From Myxococcota bacterium (lineage in GTDB: Bacteria > Myxococcota_A > Polyangia > Polyangiales > Houyiibacteriaceae), in contig JBCCEA010000014.1 of NCBI GenBank assembly GCA_039030515.1, positions 32,338 through 96,337 on the forward strand: a DNA stretch of 64,000 nt, read 5' to 3'. Below the pieces are notes generated by a model. The model searched no databases, was not told the origin of the DNA, and worked only from the letters and a program-made list of their open reading frames with translations. Every line of letters starts with the position of its first letter. The first letter of the stretch is position 1. The position numbers and the translations under genes are program-made. This document shows positions 41,177 through 50,897 of the stretch, piece after piece.

Positions 41177-41926
41177 GTGCTCCGCAAACTCAGCTCCCTC
41201 TCCATCGTTTTGCCCTGCCACAACGAGGCCGAATCCGTGGCTCGCGTGGTCGCCGACGCATTTCTCCATGGCTCTGAGTATGCGTCGGCGCTCGAAGTCG
41301 TGGTGGTCGATGATGGAAGCACCGATGGCACCTGTGCCCAAGTCGGCTCGCTTCAACAGGTCTACCGGTCACTACGTTTGATGCGCCACTCAAGGCAGCG
41401 CGGGTATGGGGCTGCGCTCCAGACTGGTTTTCGTGCCTGCAATCACGATTACGTTTTTTACACAGACGGTGACGGTCAGTTCGATGTACGTGAGCTTCAA
41501 CGTTTGGTCGCGTTGATCGACCGCTACGACATCGTCAGCGGATACCGCCTCATCCGTCAGGATAGTTGGCTCAGACGATTCAACGGCCGAGTTTGGTCCT
41601 GGCTCTCAGGCTCTGTCCTCGGGTTTTCGCTACGGGACGTCAACTGCGCCTTCAAGCTCTTCCCAAGGGTGCTGTTTGATCGCATCGACATGCGCAGCAG
41701 AGGAGCCGCTATCGATTCAGAGATCCTTTACAAGGCGATGAAGGAGGGATTCACAATCGGTCAAGTGGGCGTGTCTCATTTCGGACGACGCACCGGCACA
41801 CAGAGCGGAGCGAGACCCGGGGTGATCGCCCTCGCGCTATTTGAGCTACTTCGGCTAGGGACCGTCAAAACGCGGTCGTGGTCTTCAGACCCAGCTCAGC
41901 CAGGGCCCTCGAGGCAAAACTCATGA
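41177..41926 (+). CDS. GT2 glycosyltransferase (polyprenol-phosphate glycosyltransferase/DPM1-like)
   Basis: SIVLPCHNEA, VDDGSTDGT, GYGAAL, TDGDGQ, DVNCAFKLF. Confidence 0.9.
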   Translation: MLRKLSSLSIVLPCHNEAESVARVVADAFLHGSEYASALEVVVVDDGSTDGTCAQVGSLQQVYRSLRLMRHSRQRGYGAALQTGFRACNHDYVFYTDGDGQFDVRELQRLVALIDRYDIVSGYRLIRQDSWLRRFNGRVWSWLSGSVLGFSLRDVNCAFKLFPRVLFDRIDMRSRGAAIDSEILYKAMKEGFTIGQVGVSHFGRRTGTQSGARPGVIALALFELLRLGTVKTRSWSSDPAQPGPSRQNS

Positions 41927-42996
41927 GTTCGAAGAGAGACGCAATCGAAACGTTCGGCCCGGAGGCTGAGTCGCATCGCAGAGAGAAGATCGTGGGCCGA
42001 CGTGCCCGGGTGGTGGCACTGACCGGTGCAGACAGTCTTATCGGCCGCAACCTCATCGCGCTTTTGGAAGAAGACCACTTTGTCGAGCGGGTTGTTGCTT
42101 TAGACATCTCCTTGCCCGAAGGTGCTGGCTTGCCCAAGGGACTCGGGTCGAAGAGTCGCTTTTACAAGGTAGACCTTACCCGTCCAGGGGTTGGCGCGAG
42201 GCTCGTGGAGATCTTTCAAACAGAGTCGGTGGAGACGGTGGTGCACCTGGCTTTTCTGTCCAATCCTGTGCACGCCCTCGCCTGGTCCCACGAACTCGAG
42301 AGTGCAGGCACGATGCACGTACTGAACGCCTGCGGAGACCACGGCATCGCTCATTTCATCCTGGCATCTCAGACGATGCTGTATGGGCCGCTACCTCAAA
42401 ATCCCAACTTTCTGACCGAAGAACACCCCCTTAGGGGCATCCGAGGCTCCTCGTGCCTGACCGATAAGATCCAAGCCGAACACGAAACCTCACGGTTTAG
42501 CGAAGCGTATCCTCAAACCCTCGTTACGGTGCTTCGGCTTGCCCCGATTATCGGTCCGACAGTGTCGAATCTGGTGACGAAATGGCTGTCGCGTCGACTG
42601 GTTCCCACAGTGCTCGGATTCGATCCCCTGATTCAACTGCTACACGAGATGGACGCCATAGCCGCGTTCAAGCACGCGCTCGATCATCCCACCGAAGGAG
42701 TATTCAACGTGGTGGGTGAGGGCGTACTGCCTCTTAGTAAGGTGATCAAGCTTGCGGGTCGTTTCATGCTTCCCGTTCCTGAATCCGTGCTCCACACCGC
42801 TACTCGGTTGCTCTGGTCGCTACGGGTTGCAGATGCGCCAGCAGAGTTCGTTCGGTATTTACGCTATCTCTGCGTGGCAGATGGCCAGCGCTGCATGGAA
42901 GAGTTGGGCTTGGTGCCTGCGTTTTCGACTCGGGAAGCAGTGCTTGATTTTGTGGGCGCGTTGCGTATGCGTGAAGCGAGGTTACTCGGTCGTTAG
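41923..42996 (+). CDS. Extended SDR / NAD-dependent epimerase-like protein
   Basis: VALTGADSLIG, VVHLAF, MLYG, LGFDPLIQLLH; YxxxK position reads CLTDK. Confidence 0.85.
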   Translation: MSSKRDAIETFGPEAESHRREKIVGRRARVVALTGADSLIGRNLIALLEEDHFVERVVALDISLPEGAGLPKGLGSKSRFYKVDLTRPGVGARLVEIFQTESVETVVHLAFLSNPVHALAWSHELESAGTMHVLNACGDHGIAHFILASQTMLYGPLPQNPNFLTEEHPLRGIRGSSCLTDKIQAEHETSRFSEAYPQTLVTVLRLAPIIGPTVSNLVTKWLSRRLVPTVLGFDPLIQLLHEMDAIAAFKHALDHPTEGVFNVVGEGVLPLSKVIKLAGRFMLPVPESVLHTATRLLWSLRVADAPAEFVRYLRYLCVADGQRCMEELGLVPAFSTREAVLDFVGALRMREARLLGR

Positions 42997-43072
42997 GTTG
43001 CAGGCGCAAGCTAGGACCCGACGGGCAGAGGCGGTTTCCAGCGGAATATGACGAGAGGTTGAGGTCGTCGAC

Positions 43073-44392
43073 ATGAGTGACGAGCGTATCGACAACAAAG
43101 TCTGCGTCCAGAGGAACAAGAGACCTGCGGCGCGTCGCAGTACGTCGCCGGCTCCATCAGCTTGCGCGGTGGATGAACCAAGTTGTCTCTCTTCGGACGC
43201 GCAATTGAGCGGCATCTTTGGACCTGAGCCCTCGCAAGAGGCGCGACCCAAGTCGGATGACGTGAGCGAACCACAAGGCACATTTGAGGCACGACTCCAT
43301 GCCCTGGTAAAAGAAGCTGAAGGCGTAGGTGATCCCGCGTTGCGAGCGCTTGCTATCGAAAGTCTCAACCGGATCGCACGCACACTGCCTGACGCCGTTG
43401 ATGAAGGGCAATTGAGTCAAGCAACGCATGAACGTGCGATCGGCGCCGGCGGCATCCTCCCTCCACGTGCGCTTGTGACTCAGGCAGCGCACGAACGTGC
43501 GCTCGGGCGCGAATCCGTTGAGGAACGAGAGGTCAACGACGCTACAATTGGGTCGTTTTCCAAGTTTTTTGAGCATCGCTGGGGTCGAGACGGCGTTCGG
43601 GAACGGTCTGAGCCCATAGACGAGTTTGGTTACAGTCCGGATTTTGAAGCCAGACTTCTCGGTGTACTCAAGCAGATGTATCGTCGGTGGTTTCGAGTCT
43701 CCGTGCAGGGTATCGGAGAGATACCCTCGCAAGGCCGGGCTATTCTCGTCGCCAATCACGGCGGTGCGGTTCCTTGGGACGGTCTGATGCTCAAGATGGC
43801 TGTCAAGCTGGATCATCCGAGTCGTCATGAACTGCGTTGGCTCGCGGAGGACTTCATCTTTCACACCCCGTTTGTTGGAACCTTTGTGAATCGATTGGGT
43901 GCGGTGCGCGCTTGTCAGGAAAACGCCGAGCGACTTTTGCATCAAGATCGGCTGGTTGCCGTGTTTCCGGAGGGCATCCAAGGGGTGGGTAGACTCTACT
44001 CTGAACGTTACAGGCTACGCCGATTTGGACGTGGGGGTTATATCAAGCTGGCGCTGCGTAGCGGGTCACCGATTGTTCCCGTAGCGATCGTCGGTGCGGA
44101 AGAGGTTAATCCCCTCGTGTTCAAGTTGGAGGTTCGAGGTCTGGGTCTACCGTTTTGGCCTATTACACCCACCTTCCCCCTATTCGGTCCAATTGGGTTG
44201 ATGCCCGCCCCGGTGAAGTGGCGGATTCTGGTGGGGTCGCCTATCGATCTATCTCGATACCGCAGCGAACATGCCGAGGACGCGCATGTCGTGCACCAGT
44301 TGAATGATCTGGTTCGTGCTCAGATTCAGACGATGGTCGACAAACTAGTCGACGAGCGAGCGTACCGATTCCCGTCGATGTTTGGAGGCTAG
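43073..44392 (+). CDS. Lysophospholipid acyltransferase (PlsC/LPLAT family) with low-complexity N-terminal extension
   Basis: DEFGY, LVANHGGAVPWDG (HxxxxxxD variant), VFPEG, PIVPVAIVGAEE. Confidence 0.9.
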   Translation: MSDERIDNKVCVQRNKRPAARRSTSPAPSACAVDEPSCLSSDAQLSGIFGPEPSQEARPKSDDVSEPQGTFEARLHALVKEAEGVGDPALRALAIESLNRIARTLPDAVDEGQLSQATHERAIGAGGILPPRALVTQAAHERALGRESVEEREVNDATIGSFSKFFEHRWGRDGVRERSEPIDEFGYSPDFEARLLGVLKQMYRRWFRVSVQGIGEIPSQGRAILVANHGGAVPWDGLMLKMAVKLDHPSRHELRWLAEDFIFHTPFVGTFVNRLGAVRACQENAERLLHQDRLVAVFPEGIQGVGRLYSERYRLRRFGRGGYIKLALRSGSPIVPVAIVGAEEVNPLVFKLEVRGLGLPFWPITPTFPLFGPIGLMPAPVKWRILVGSPIDLSRYRSEHAEDAHVVHQLNDLVRAQIQTMVDKLVDERAYRFPSMFGG

Positions 44393-44517
44393 CGGGCTGC
44401 TTGGAGGTTGGTCGGGTCTTGCCTCGGCCGTGACTGTTCAGGCGAACGGAGAACGATTCATCTACCTGGGTGCGAGTCCTCCTGGCCGGTTAGGCTGAGA
44501 TACCCATCCAGCTGAGG

Positions 44518-45477
44518 TCAATCAAGCACTACCCGCTTGTACCAAGCCACCAGTTCCCGCACCCCTTGCTGAATATCGACCTGCGGCTCGTAGTCGAGGA
44601 GCTGTCGCGCCTTATCGATATTGGCGTAGGTTACCGGTACGTCAGCAGGATGCGCGGGTTCTGGTCTGAGGACCGCCTCACGTCCTGTTGCGGATTCAAC
44701 CGTCACGATGAAGTCGCTCAATAGCTCTGGAGCACCTCGCCCCAGGTTGATCACCTCATAACCCAAGGGTCGGTCCAGCGCGCGCAAGATACCCTGTGCG
44801 ATGTCGCCGACGTAAGTCCAGTCTCGGCGCATTGTGCCCTCACCATACAAGGGGATTTCCTCTCGGTGCATCACGCTGCGTAAAAGCTTGTACGGCATCA
44901 TGTCTGGGCGCCCGCGCGGGCCGTAGACGGTAAAAAAACGAAGTGCGGTGAAGTTGAGCTGATGCAGGTGGTGGTAGGCGTGTCCGAGCAGCTCTGCAGA
45001 GCGCTTGCTCGCCGGGTACGGCGCCAGCGGACGGTCACATCGATCGCTTTCTAGGAAAGGAATTTCAGTTGAAGCGCCATATACAGAAGACGTTGATGCG
45101 AAGACGAAGTTCGGTTTGTCGTGACGTCGCACGGCCTCCAGAAGCGCTACGGTCCCCCCTACGTTGACGTCCTGATACTCTAGGGGACGCTCCACCGAGG
45201 CGCGCACGCCGCCAAGGCCCGCCAGATGAACGACCGCATCAAGTCCGTGTCTGAAGAGCTCCCCGAGTACTCTATCGTCCCGAATATCTCCCTCGACGAA
45301 CTCCAGTGCACCTCCCGCCTGCGCTATTTCGTGAAGGTTGCTCCGTTTGCGCAGAGGGTCGTAGTAGTCATCGAAGGCATCGACGGCGACCACCCGATCA
45401 CCCCGTCGGAGTAGCGCTTCGCTCACGTGGCTGCCGATGAAGCCTGCGGCCCCGGTGACCAAAATCCTGCGTCGCAT
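44518..45477 (-). CDS. NAD-dependent epimerase, UDP-glucuronate 4-epimerase-like
   Basis: TGAAGFIGSH, ASTSSVYG, YPASK, RFFTVYGPRGRPDM. Confidence 0.9.
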   Translation of the reverse strand: MRRRILVTGAAGFIGSHVSEALLRRGDRVVAVDAFDDYYDPLRKRSNLHEIAQAGGALEFVEGDIRDDRVLGELFRHGLDAVVHLAGLGGVRASVERPLEYQDVNVGGTVALLEAVRRHDKPNFVFASTSSVYGASTEIPFLESDRCDRPLAPYPASKRSAELLGHAYHHLHQLNFTALRFFTVYGPRGRPDMMPYKLLRSVMHREEIPLYGEGTMRRDWTYVGDIAQGILRALDRPLGYEVINLGRGAPELLSDFIVTVESATGREAVLRPEPAHPADVPVTYANIDKARQLLDYEPQVDIQQGVRELVAWYKRVVLD

Positions 45478-45534
45478 ACAACGCGAGAACATAGCCCATG
45501 CACAGGTGTCGTGCTGTTCGCTACAGATAAAAAT

Positions 45535-46437
45535 CTAGGTGCAGACTCGGTTTCTGCCGAGGCCCTTGGCCTCGTAGAGCTTCTCGTCGGCGATTTTGAC
45601 CAGCGCGTCTGGCTCCTCGATGCTGGAGTTCCATTCGGCACACCCTAAGCTGATCGTGACCGGAATCACGACTCCCTCAAACTCAAACGTGCTCAACTCC
45701 ACCAGCTGCCTGGTCTTTTCCGCGAGCTCTGCGGCTCCCTCTAGGGCAATTTCTGGAGTGATAAGCCCAAATTCTTCTCCTCCGATGCGCGCAATGACGT
45801 CGTCCCGGCGCAATTGGCCTCGGATGATAAGACCGAGTTTCCGAAGTACCGCATCTCCAGCGAGATGCCCAAAGCTGTCGTTGATGCGCTTAAAGCGATC
45901 GATATCGAAGACGATGATAGAAAACGTGCGACCGTAACGGGTGCATCGAGAGTGCTCTTTTTCGAGTGCCTCTTGGAAATATCGTTTGTTGTGGACCTCG
46001 GTGAGGCCGTCCACGGTCATGAGCCTGTAGATCTCCTCATGATATTGAGCCTCGATGTTGCCTCCAGTGATGAACTTTAAGATCGTGCGGCCTACCTTTA
46101 TCTGGTCGCCGTCTCGGAGGCTCGATCGCTCAAACAGCGCATCGTTCACGTAGGTTCCGTTGGTCGAACCGAGGTCGGTCATCTGATAGCGAGCGCCGTC
46201 AAATGAAATCCTGCAGTGGTTACGGGAGACGCTCTCCTGGTCGATCTGCAAGTCGCATTTTGAAGAGCGACCCACGACGATCGGAGCGCGGCTCAATTGA
46301 ATCCGGTGTCCGAGGTTGTCTCCGTAGATGACAACGAGACAGGCGCCTTCCGGAACGATCTCACCTTTTGGTGGGGGACCGATGACGGTGATAACCGTCT
46401 TGCCCGGATTCGTTGTCCGCTCATCGTCGTCGGACAT
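45535..46437 (-). CDS. FHA-GGDEF diguanylate cyclase
   Basis: FHA motifs VGRS, VSRNH, GSTNGT; DGLT, GGEEF, RRDD I-site. Confidence 0.93.
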   Translation of the reverse strand: MSDDDERTTNPGKTVITVIGPPPKGEIVPEGACLVVIYGDNLGHRIQLSRAPIVVGRSSKCDLQIDQESVSRNHCRISFDGARYQMTDLGSTNGTYVNDALFERSSLRDGDQIKVGRTILKFITGGNIEAQYHEEIYRLMTVDGLTEVHNKRYFQEALEKEHSRCTRYGRTFSIIVFDIDRFKRINDSFGHLAGDAVLRKLGLIIRGQLRRDDVIARIGGEEFGLITPEIALEGAAELAEKTRQLVELSTFEFEGVVIPVTISLGCAEWNSSIEEPDALVKIADEKLYEAKGLGRNRVCT

Positions 46438-46484
46438 CGGATTAGAGTATACCAGGCGTTTCTAATTCGGTTGAAGGAAATCAG

Positions 46485-47879
46485 CTACAAGGCGTAGTGG
46501 CGCTGGTCTCCGTCCATCGCTCTTCGTGCGGTCTGTCCCTCCTCTTCATATCCAGGGCGCCCGAGAAGACCCGCGGTGAGTCGTTTCCCCGCTTCGACTC
46601 CGGGTTGGTTGAAGGGGTCGATTCCCATCATTTCTCCAGCGATTGCGGTCGCCGCTTCGAAGATGAAGAAGAGGGCTCCAAGATGCCTTGCGTCGAGGCG
46701 CGCTACCCGGAGGGTCAGTGAAGGACGTCCGTCATTTGCAAGTGCGACCGCAGAGCCCTGCAGTTCCGCCTTGAGTATCTCGGTAAGACTTGTGCCTGAA
46801 AGGTAGGACAGTGGGCCTGCCGTCTTCGGTAGGGTGAAATCCTTTTCGGCACTCGAAATTTCGATGAACGTGATCAGCTTGTTTCGGGGACCTTCCATAA
46901 ACAGCTGCCCCTGCGCATGTTGATCTGTCGCTCCGATGGCCGAAATGGGAGTCGGCCCACACTCGATCCAGCGTCCACGCCTATCGAGTCGCTTGCCAAG
47001 GCTTTCGGCCCAAAGCTGCACCCACCAATCCCCAAATGGACGGAGCGCGTCTGCGTAAGGCATCAGTACGTGTTGGTTGTGGCCCCTAAGTCGCTGATGC
47101 AGCACGTGCAGCGCAGCCAACATCCCCGCCGGGTTTTGGCTCAGCTCCTCGGTTCGGCAGGCGTCGGCGAGTTCTTTTGCTCCCTGCATCATGCCTTTTG
47201 CATCGAAATTGCAAAGAATGCTGGGCAGGAGTCCTACCGCCGAGAGCACGCTAAACCGGCCTCCTACGTTCGGTGGAATCGCAAAGAACGGGATAGACTC
47301 CGCGACCGCAAACTCCTGGAGCACACCTCTTTCGGGATCGGTGACAAAGACCTGATGCTCGCGGGCTCGACGTCCCAAGGCAGTTTCCAGCCAACGCCTA
47401 ACCACAAGCCATTGGGCTACGGTTTCAACGGTGCTCCCCGACTTACTTATCGTGACAACCAGGGTGTTCTGAGGAATCAGAGTTTCAAGAAGTCGAGAGA
47501 GGAACCAGGGGTCGCTGTTGTCTGCCACGTACACTGCGCGGTCGCCCTGTTGCCTCAGCCGAAGTTCCGGAGGGCCCCCGAGCGCGTGTGCGATTGCGCG
47601 CATACCGAGTGACGAACCTCCGATTCCCAGCACGATCACATCGGTGACCGACTCCGGAACCGAAGCGGCGTATTCCTGCACGTCTCGGAGGGTTTCGAGC
47701 GATTCAGGTAGATTCCAAAAGCCGATTTCGCCCTTTTCGATGCCTGACTTGAGCCGACATAGCGCAGCTTTGAACGTTGGGATTTCGCCTTCGAGATGCA
47801 GCTCGCTGATGCCGCCAATCGCGCCCACGTGCGACTCCATGCACATGGAGTAATCTAGCTGTATTGGGATCCCGCTCAT
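46485..47879 (-). CDS. pgi: Glucose-6-phosphate isomerase
   Basis: LGIGGSSLG, ISKSGSTVET, VGGRFSV, QLWAESLGK, DQH, PFNQPGVEAGK. Confidence 0.95.
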   Translation of the reverse strand: MSGIPIQLDYSMCMESHVGAIGGISELHLEGEIPTFKAALCRLKSGIEKGEIGFWNLPESLETLRDVQEYAASVPESVTDVIVLGIGGSSLGMRAIAHALGGPPELRLRQQGDRAVYVADNSDPWFLSRLLETLIPQNTLVVTISKSGSTVETVAQWLVVRRWLETALGRRAREHQVFVTDPERGVLQEFAVAESIPFFAIPPNVGGRFSVLSAVGLLPSILCNFDAKGMMQGAKELADACRTEELSQNPAGMLAALHVLHQRLRGHNQHVLMPYADALRPFGDWWVQLWAESLGKRLDRRGRWIECGPTPISAIGATDQHAQGQLFMEGPRNKLITFIEISSAEKDFTLPKTAGPLSYLSGTSLTEILKAELQGSAVALANDGRPSLTLRVARLDARHLGALFFIFEAATAIAGEMMGIDPFNQPGVEAGKRLTAGLLGRPGYEEEGQTARRAMDGDQRHYAL

Positions 47880-48007
47880 GGCCGCCCAGCGTGGTCGCAA
47901 CGAGCCAAGTGTGCCAGTGCTCCTCGGACTGCGATGCGCCCGTTGTCGATCCGTCGATCGGAGCGAGTTTTTTGACCTTGAAATCGCTTGCTTCGTAGGT
48001 TCGGACT

Positions 48008-49261
48008 GTGTTCAGCGTCCATCGATTTCGCATGCCTTGGTTGTGGTGTGCTGCCGGCTTGTTGGCGGTCGGTGGGGTAACGTTGGTTGCTGCAGTATCT
48101 GCGAATGAACCGCGTGTACCACAAACCCCGCCGCCGAGTCTGCAGGAGATGCTTGAGGGATTCGATCCCCGATTTCATGAGCAGGAGGGTGCGTTTCGGG
48201 TCGCAAGGCTTTTTGACGGGCGTAAGGCGGTCCTCACGCTGGATCCTGGTTTGCAGGCACACCTCGAAAGCGAGTTTCGGCGTTTTGCTGTCCCCTTTGG
48301 ATCGGTTGTCGCGATAGAGCCAGCTTCGGGACGGCTTCTTGCCTACGTCAGCTACTCGAGTGCAAATCCCTCGGGAGCCGACCTTGCTCGCGATCCTACG
48401 CCTCCAACGGCCTCGGTGTTCAAGGTGGTTACTGCCGCAGCGCTGGTCGATAGCGGCGTGTCCCCATCGCGTACAGTTTGCTACGGCGGCGGCATGAGTC
48501 GGGTCCGCGAACAGGACCTCCGAGACCTGCCTTCGCGCGATCGAACCTGCGCCACGCTTTCCGAGGCCATGGGAGGTTCGATCAACGCGGTGTTTGCAAA
48601 ACTCGCCGATCGACATCTCGATAGAGAGCGATTGTCTCGCTACGCTTCGGCCTTTGGTTTTGGACGGCAGCTGCCTTTTGACGTTCCGATGCTCGCGAGT
48701 CCCGGAGAGATACCCGAAGACCGATTGGAGTTTGCTCGAACGGCCGCAGGTTTTTGGCACATGCATATGTCGCCGCTGCATGGTGCTTTGCTCAGTGCGA
48801 CCATTGCGAACGGAGGTCGCATGCCCCGTGCGGCGATCGTGGATCGCGTGGTCGAGGCGGACGCATCGATTTCTTATCGCTTTCAGCCCGAGATCGTCCG
48901 AGAGGTGATTTCGGCGGCTACGGCTCAGAAAACTTCCCGGATGATGGAGCGCACCGTGACCCACGGCACCGCTCGCAAGGCCTTTCACGATCGACGCGGT
49001 CGGCCCTTCTTGCCTGGGGTTCGCATCGCAGGCAAGACCGGCACTTTGAACGGGGAACACCCCTACCGTGGCTATACCTGGTGGGTCGGATTTGCTCCGG
49101 CAGAGGCCCCTGAAATCGCGGTTGCAGCCCTGGTGGTCAATACGCCTAGGTGGCGTATCAAGGCCAGCTACGTCGCGCGCGAGGCGCTACGTCACTACCT
49201 GATCGAACGTCAGCGGCCCACGGACGGATCGATCGCTACGCCTCCACTCGCGCAACGCTAG
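48008..49261 (+). CDS. Penicillin-binding protein, transpeptidase domain only
   Basis: SxxK (ASVFK), SxN (SIN), KTG (GKTGT), WWVGFAP; N-terminal TM/signal. Start 48008 or 48032. Confidence 0.9.
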   Translation: MFSVHRFRMPWLWCAAGLLAVGGVTLVAAVSANEPRVPQTPPPSLQEMLEGFDPRFHEQEGAFRVARLFDGRKAVLTLDPGLQAHLESEFRRFAVPFGSVVAIEPASGRLLAYVSYSSANPSGADLARDPTPPTASVFKVVTAAALVDSGVSPSRTVCYGGGMSRVREQDLRDLPSRDRTCATLSEAMGGSINAVFAKLADRHLDRERLSRYASAFGFGRQLPFDVPMLASPGEIPEDRLEFARTAAGFWHMHMSPLHGALLSATIANGGRMPRAAIVDRVVEADASISYRFQPEIVREVISAATAQKTSRMMERTVTHGTARKAFHDRRGRPFLPGVRIAGKTGTLNGEHPYRGYTWWVGFAPAEAPEIAVAALVVNTPRWRIKASYVAREALRHYLIERQRPTDGSIATPPLAQR

Positions 49262-50295
49262 TTGAGCGCAGAACGGGCGACTTCTTTAGAGACGCGTCCC
49301 CGCTTTACCAGGTCGCGGAGGGACATCTCAAAGGTTTGCATTCCGTAAGGATGCACCCCACGTTCCATGACGTCTTTGAGCGGCATACTTCCCTCTGGAT
49401 TTCGAATTGTTTCGCGCGCGGTCCCGGTAACGACCAATGCTTCCACCGCCAGTGCACGACCGGAATCGTCGCATCGTGGCAGGAGGCGTTGCGCGATGAT
49501 TCCCTTGAGGTTGTCGCTGAACCGTTCTCGCACCTCTCTAGAGTCGCTGCCGGCAAGCGAGAGGACCCTGCCCATCGTTCTTTGAACATCCGGAGTATGC
49601 AGAGTGCTCAAGACAAGATGTCCCGTTTCCGCAGCCTTGAGCGCGATGTCCATCGTCTCCTCATCTCGGATCTCTCCAACGAGGATCACATCCGGATCCT
49701 GACGAAGCGCAGCGCGTAGGGCGGTCGCGAAGTTTGGGGTGTCCAGACCGATCTCTCGCTGGGATACGCTCGAAAGACGGTCCTTATGGATGTACTCGAT
49801 GGGGTCCTCGATGGTGACGATATGACAGCGTCGCGATTCGTTGATCTTCTTGATGACCGCCGCAAGTGTGGTGCTCTTGCCGTTGCCCGCAGAACCCACG
49901 CAGAGCACCATGCCGCGTTCGTGCTCCGCAAGGCTCTCTACCACTGGAGGTAGACCCAATTCCTCAAAACTCGGGACGTCTAGCGGGATCGTACGCAGCG
50001 CAACCGCTAAGGTACCCCGCTGCCTGTAGATGTTAGCGCGATACCGGCCGTGACCGGGCAGGCTGTAGCTCGTGTCAAACTCCTGTATGTCGTTGATATC
50101 CCCAGAAAATCGGGATCTTTCGAGAATGACGGTTGCGAGCGCCTGCGTCTGGGCAGGTTTCAGTTTGTCGCCCTGCAGATAGTGTAAGTCTCCTTGAACG
50201 CGGAATGCGGGAGGTTGACCCACTTTGAGCAGTATATCGCTGGCCTTGTGGTGGACCCCTTTGAGAAGTAGGGATTGGAGCGTCGATTCGTCCAT
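49258..50295 (-). CDS. pilT: PilT/PilU-family type IV pilus ATPase
   Basis: ASDI, GSAGNGKSTT, TIEDPIE, ALRQDPDVILVGEIRD, TGHLVLSTLH, GMQTF. Confidence 0.9.
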   Translation of the reverse strand: MDESTLQSLLLKGVHHKASDILLKVGQPPAFRVQGDLHYLQGDKLKPAQTQALATVILERSRFSGDINDIQEFDTSYSLPGHGRYRANIYRQRGTLAVALRTIPLDVPSFEELGLPPVVESLAEHERGMVLCVGSAGNGKSTTLAAVIKKINESRRCHIVTIEDPIEYIHKDRLSSVSQREIGLDTPNFATALRAALRQDPDVILVGEIRDEETMDIALKAAETGHLVLSTLHTPDVQRTMGRVLSLAGSDSREVRERFSDNLKGIIAQRLLPRCDDSGRALAVEALVVTGTARETIRNPEGSMPLKDVMERGVHPYGMQTFEMSLRDLVKRGRVSKEVARSALN

Positions 50296-50468
50296 GCGTC
50301 GTGATGATACCGCAGCCATGCTGCTCTTCGCGCATGCCATTTCGAATCCCGCACAAAATGCCGCCAGCAAAGATTGAGCGCTCGCAGTTATCGGGAAGCG
50401 ACGGCAGGCTAACGGTATTGTCAAGGCGCAGCCGCCAAAAAAGACGCTGACCTCAAAGGGGGCTCAGC

Positions 50469-50891
50469 ATGCAACCCTTCGCTGAGAAATTCGCAGAGCT
50501 CGTTTCTATGGTAAGAAATCCCGAGGGATGTCCCCAGTTCGATAAGGTCTCGCTAGTCGACGGCAGAGCCATCGACGGGAACGTAATCCCCCAAGCCGCG
50601 CTTCAAACCGAAGCCCAGTTCACTGAGCGTTTTGCAGATGTTTACAGTCGAGCGCTCCCCTGGCTGAGCCTCCACGCTTTGGGGTTTGTCGAAGGAGCGC
50701 TGCTGGTCGTTCTCAAGAGTCCCAAGGACACTACCGCCAATAGAGATGCAGAGGTCACCACAATCCACCTGCAAGGTCCCTCGGAATATGTTCGCTCAAG
50801 TCGAGGTTGGGAGCTCGCAGATGGAATACATACCCAAGAAATACGCCTCGATACTCAGCATCTCAGCGAACCGAGCGCGACAACCCGCTAG
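50469..50891 (+). CDS. Hypothetical protein (140 aa)
   Basis: Fills the gap between pilT and the SPOR gene; AGGGGG RBS. Confidence 0.6.
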   Translation: MQPFAEKFAELVSMVRNPEGCPQFDKVSLVDGRAIDGNVIPQAALQTEAQFTERFADVYSRALPWLSLHALGFVEGALLVVLKSPKDTTANRDAEVTTIHLQGPSEYVRSSRGWELADGIHTQEIRLDTQHLSEPSATTR

Positions 50892-50897
50892 GCACCG

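Noticed and set aside
50335..50355. TTCGAATCCC, similar to a tRNA T-loop
   Set aside because: No flanking T-stem, acceptor stem or cloverleaf
50469..50540. FAELVSMVRNPEGCP resembles the MazG N-terminus (LRxPxGCPWD)
   Set aside because: No WD and no downstream EExxE motifs; probably coincidental
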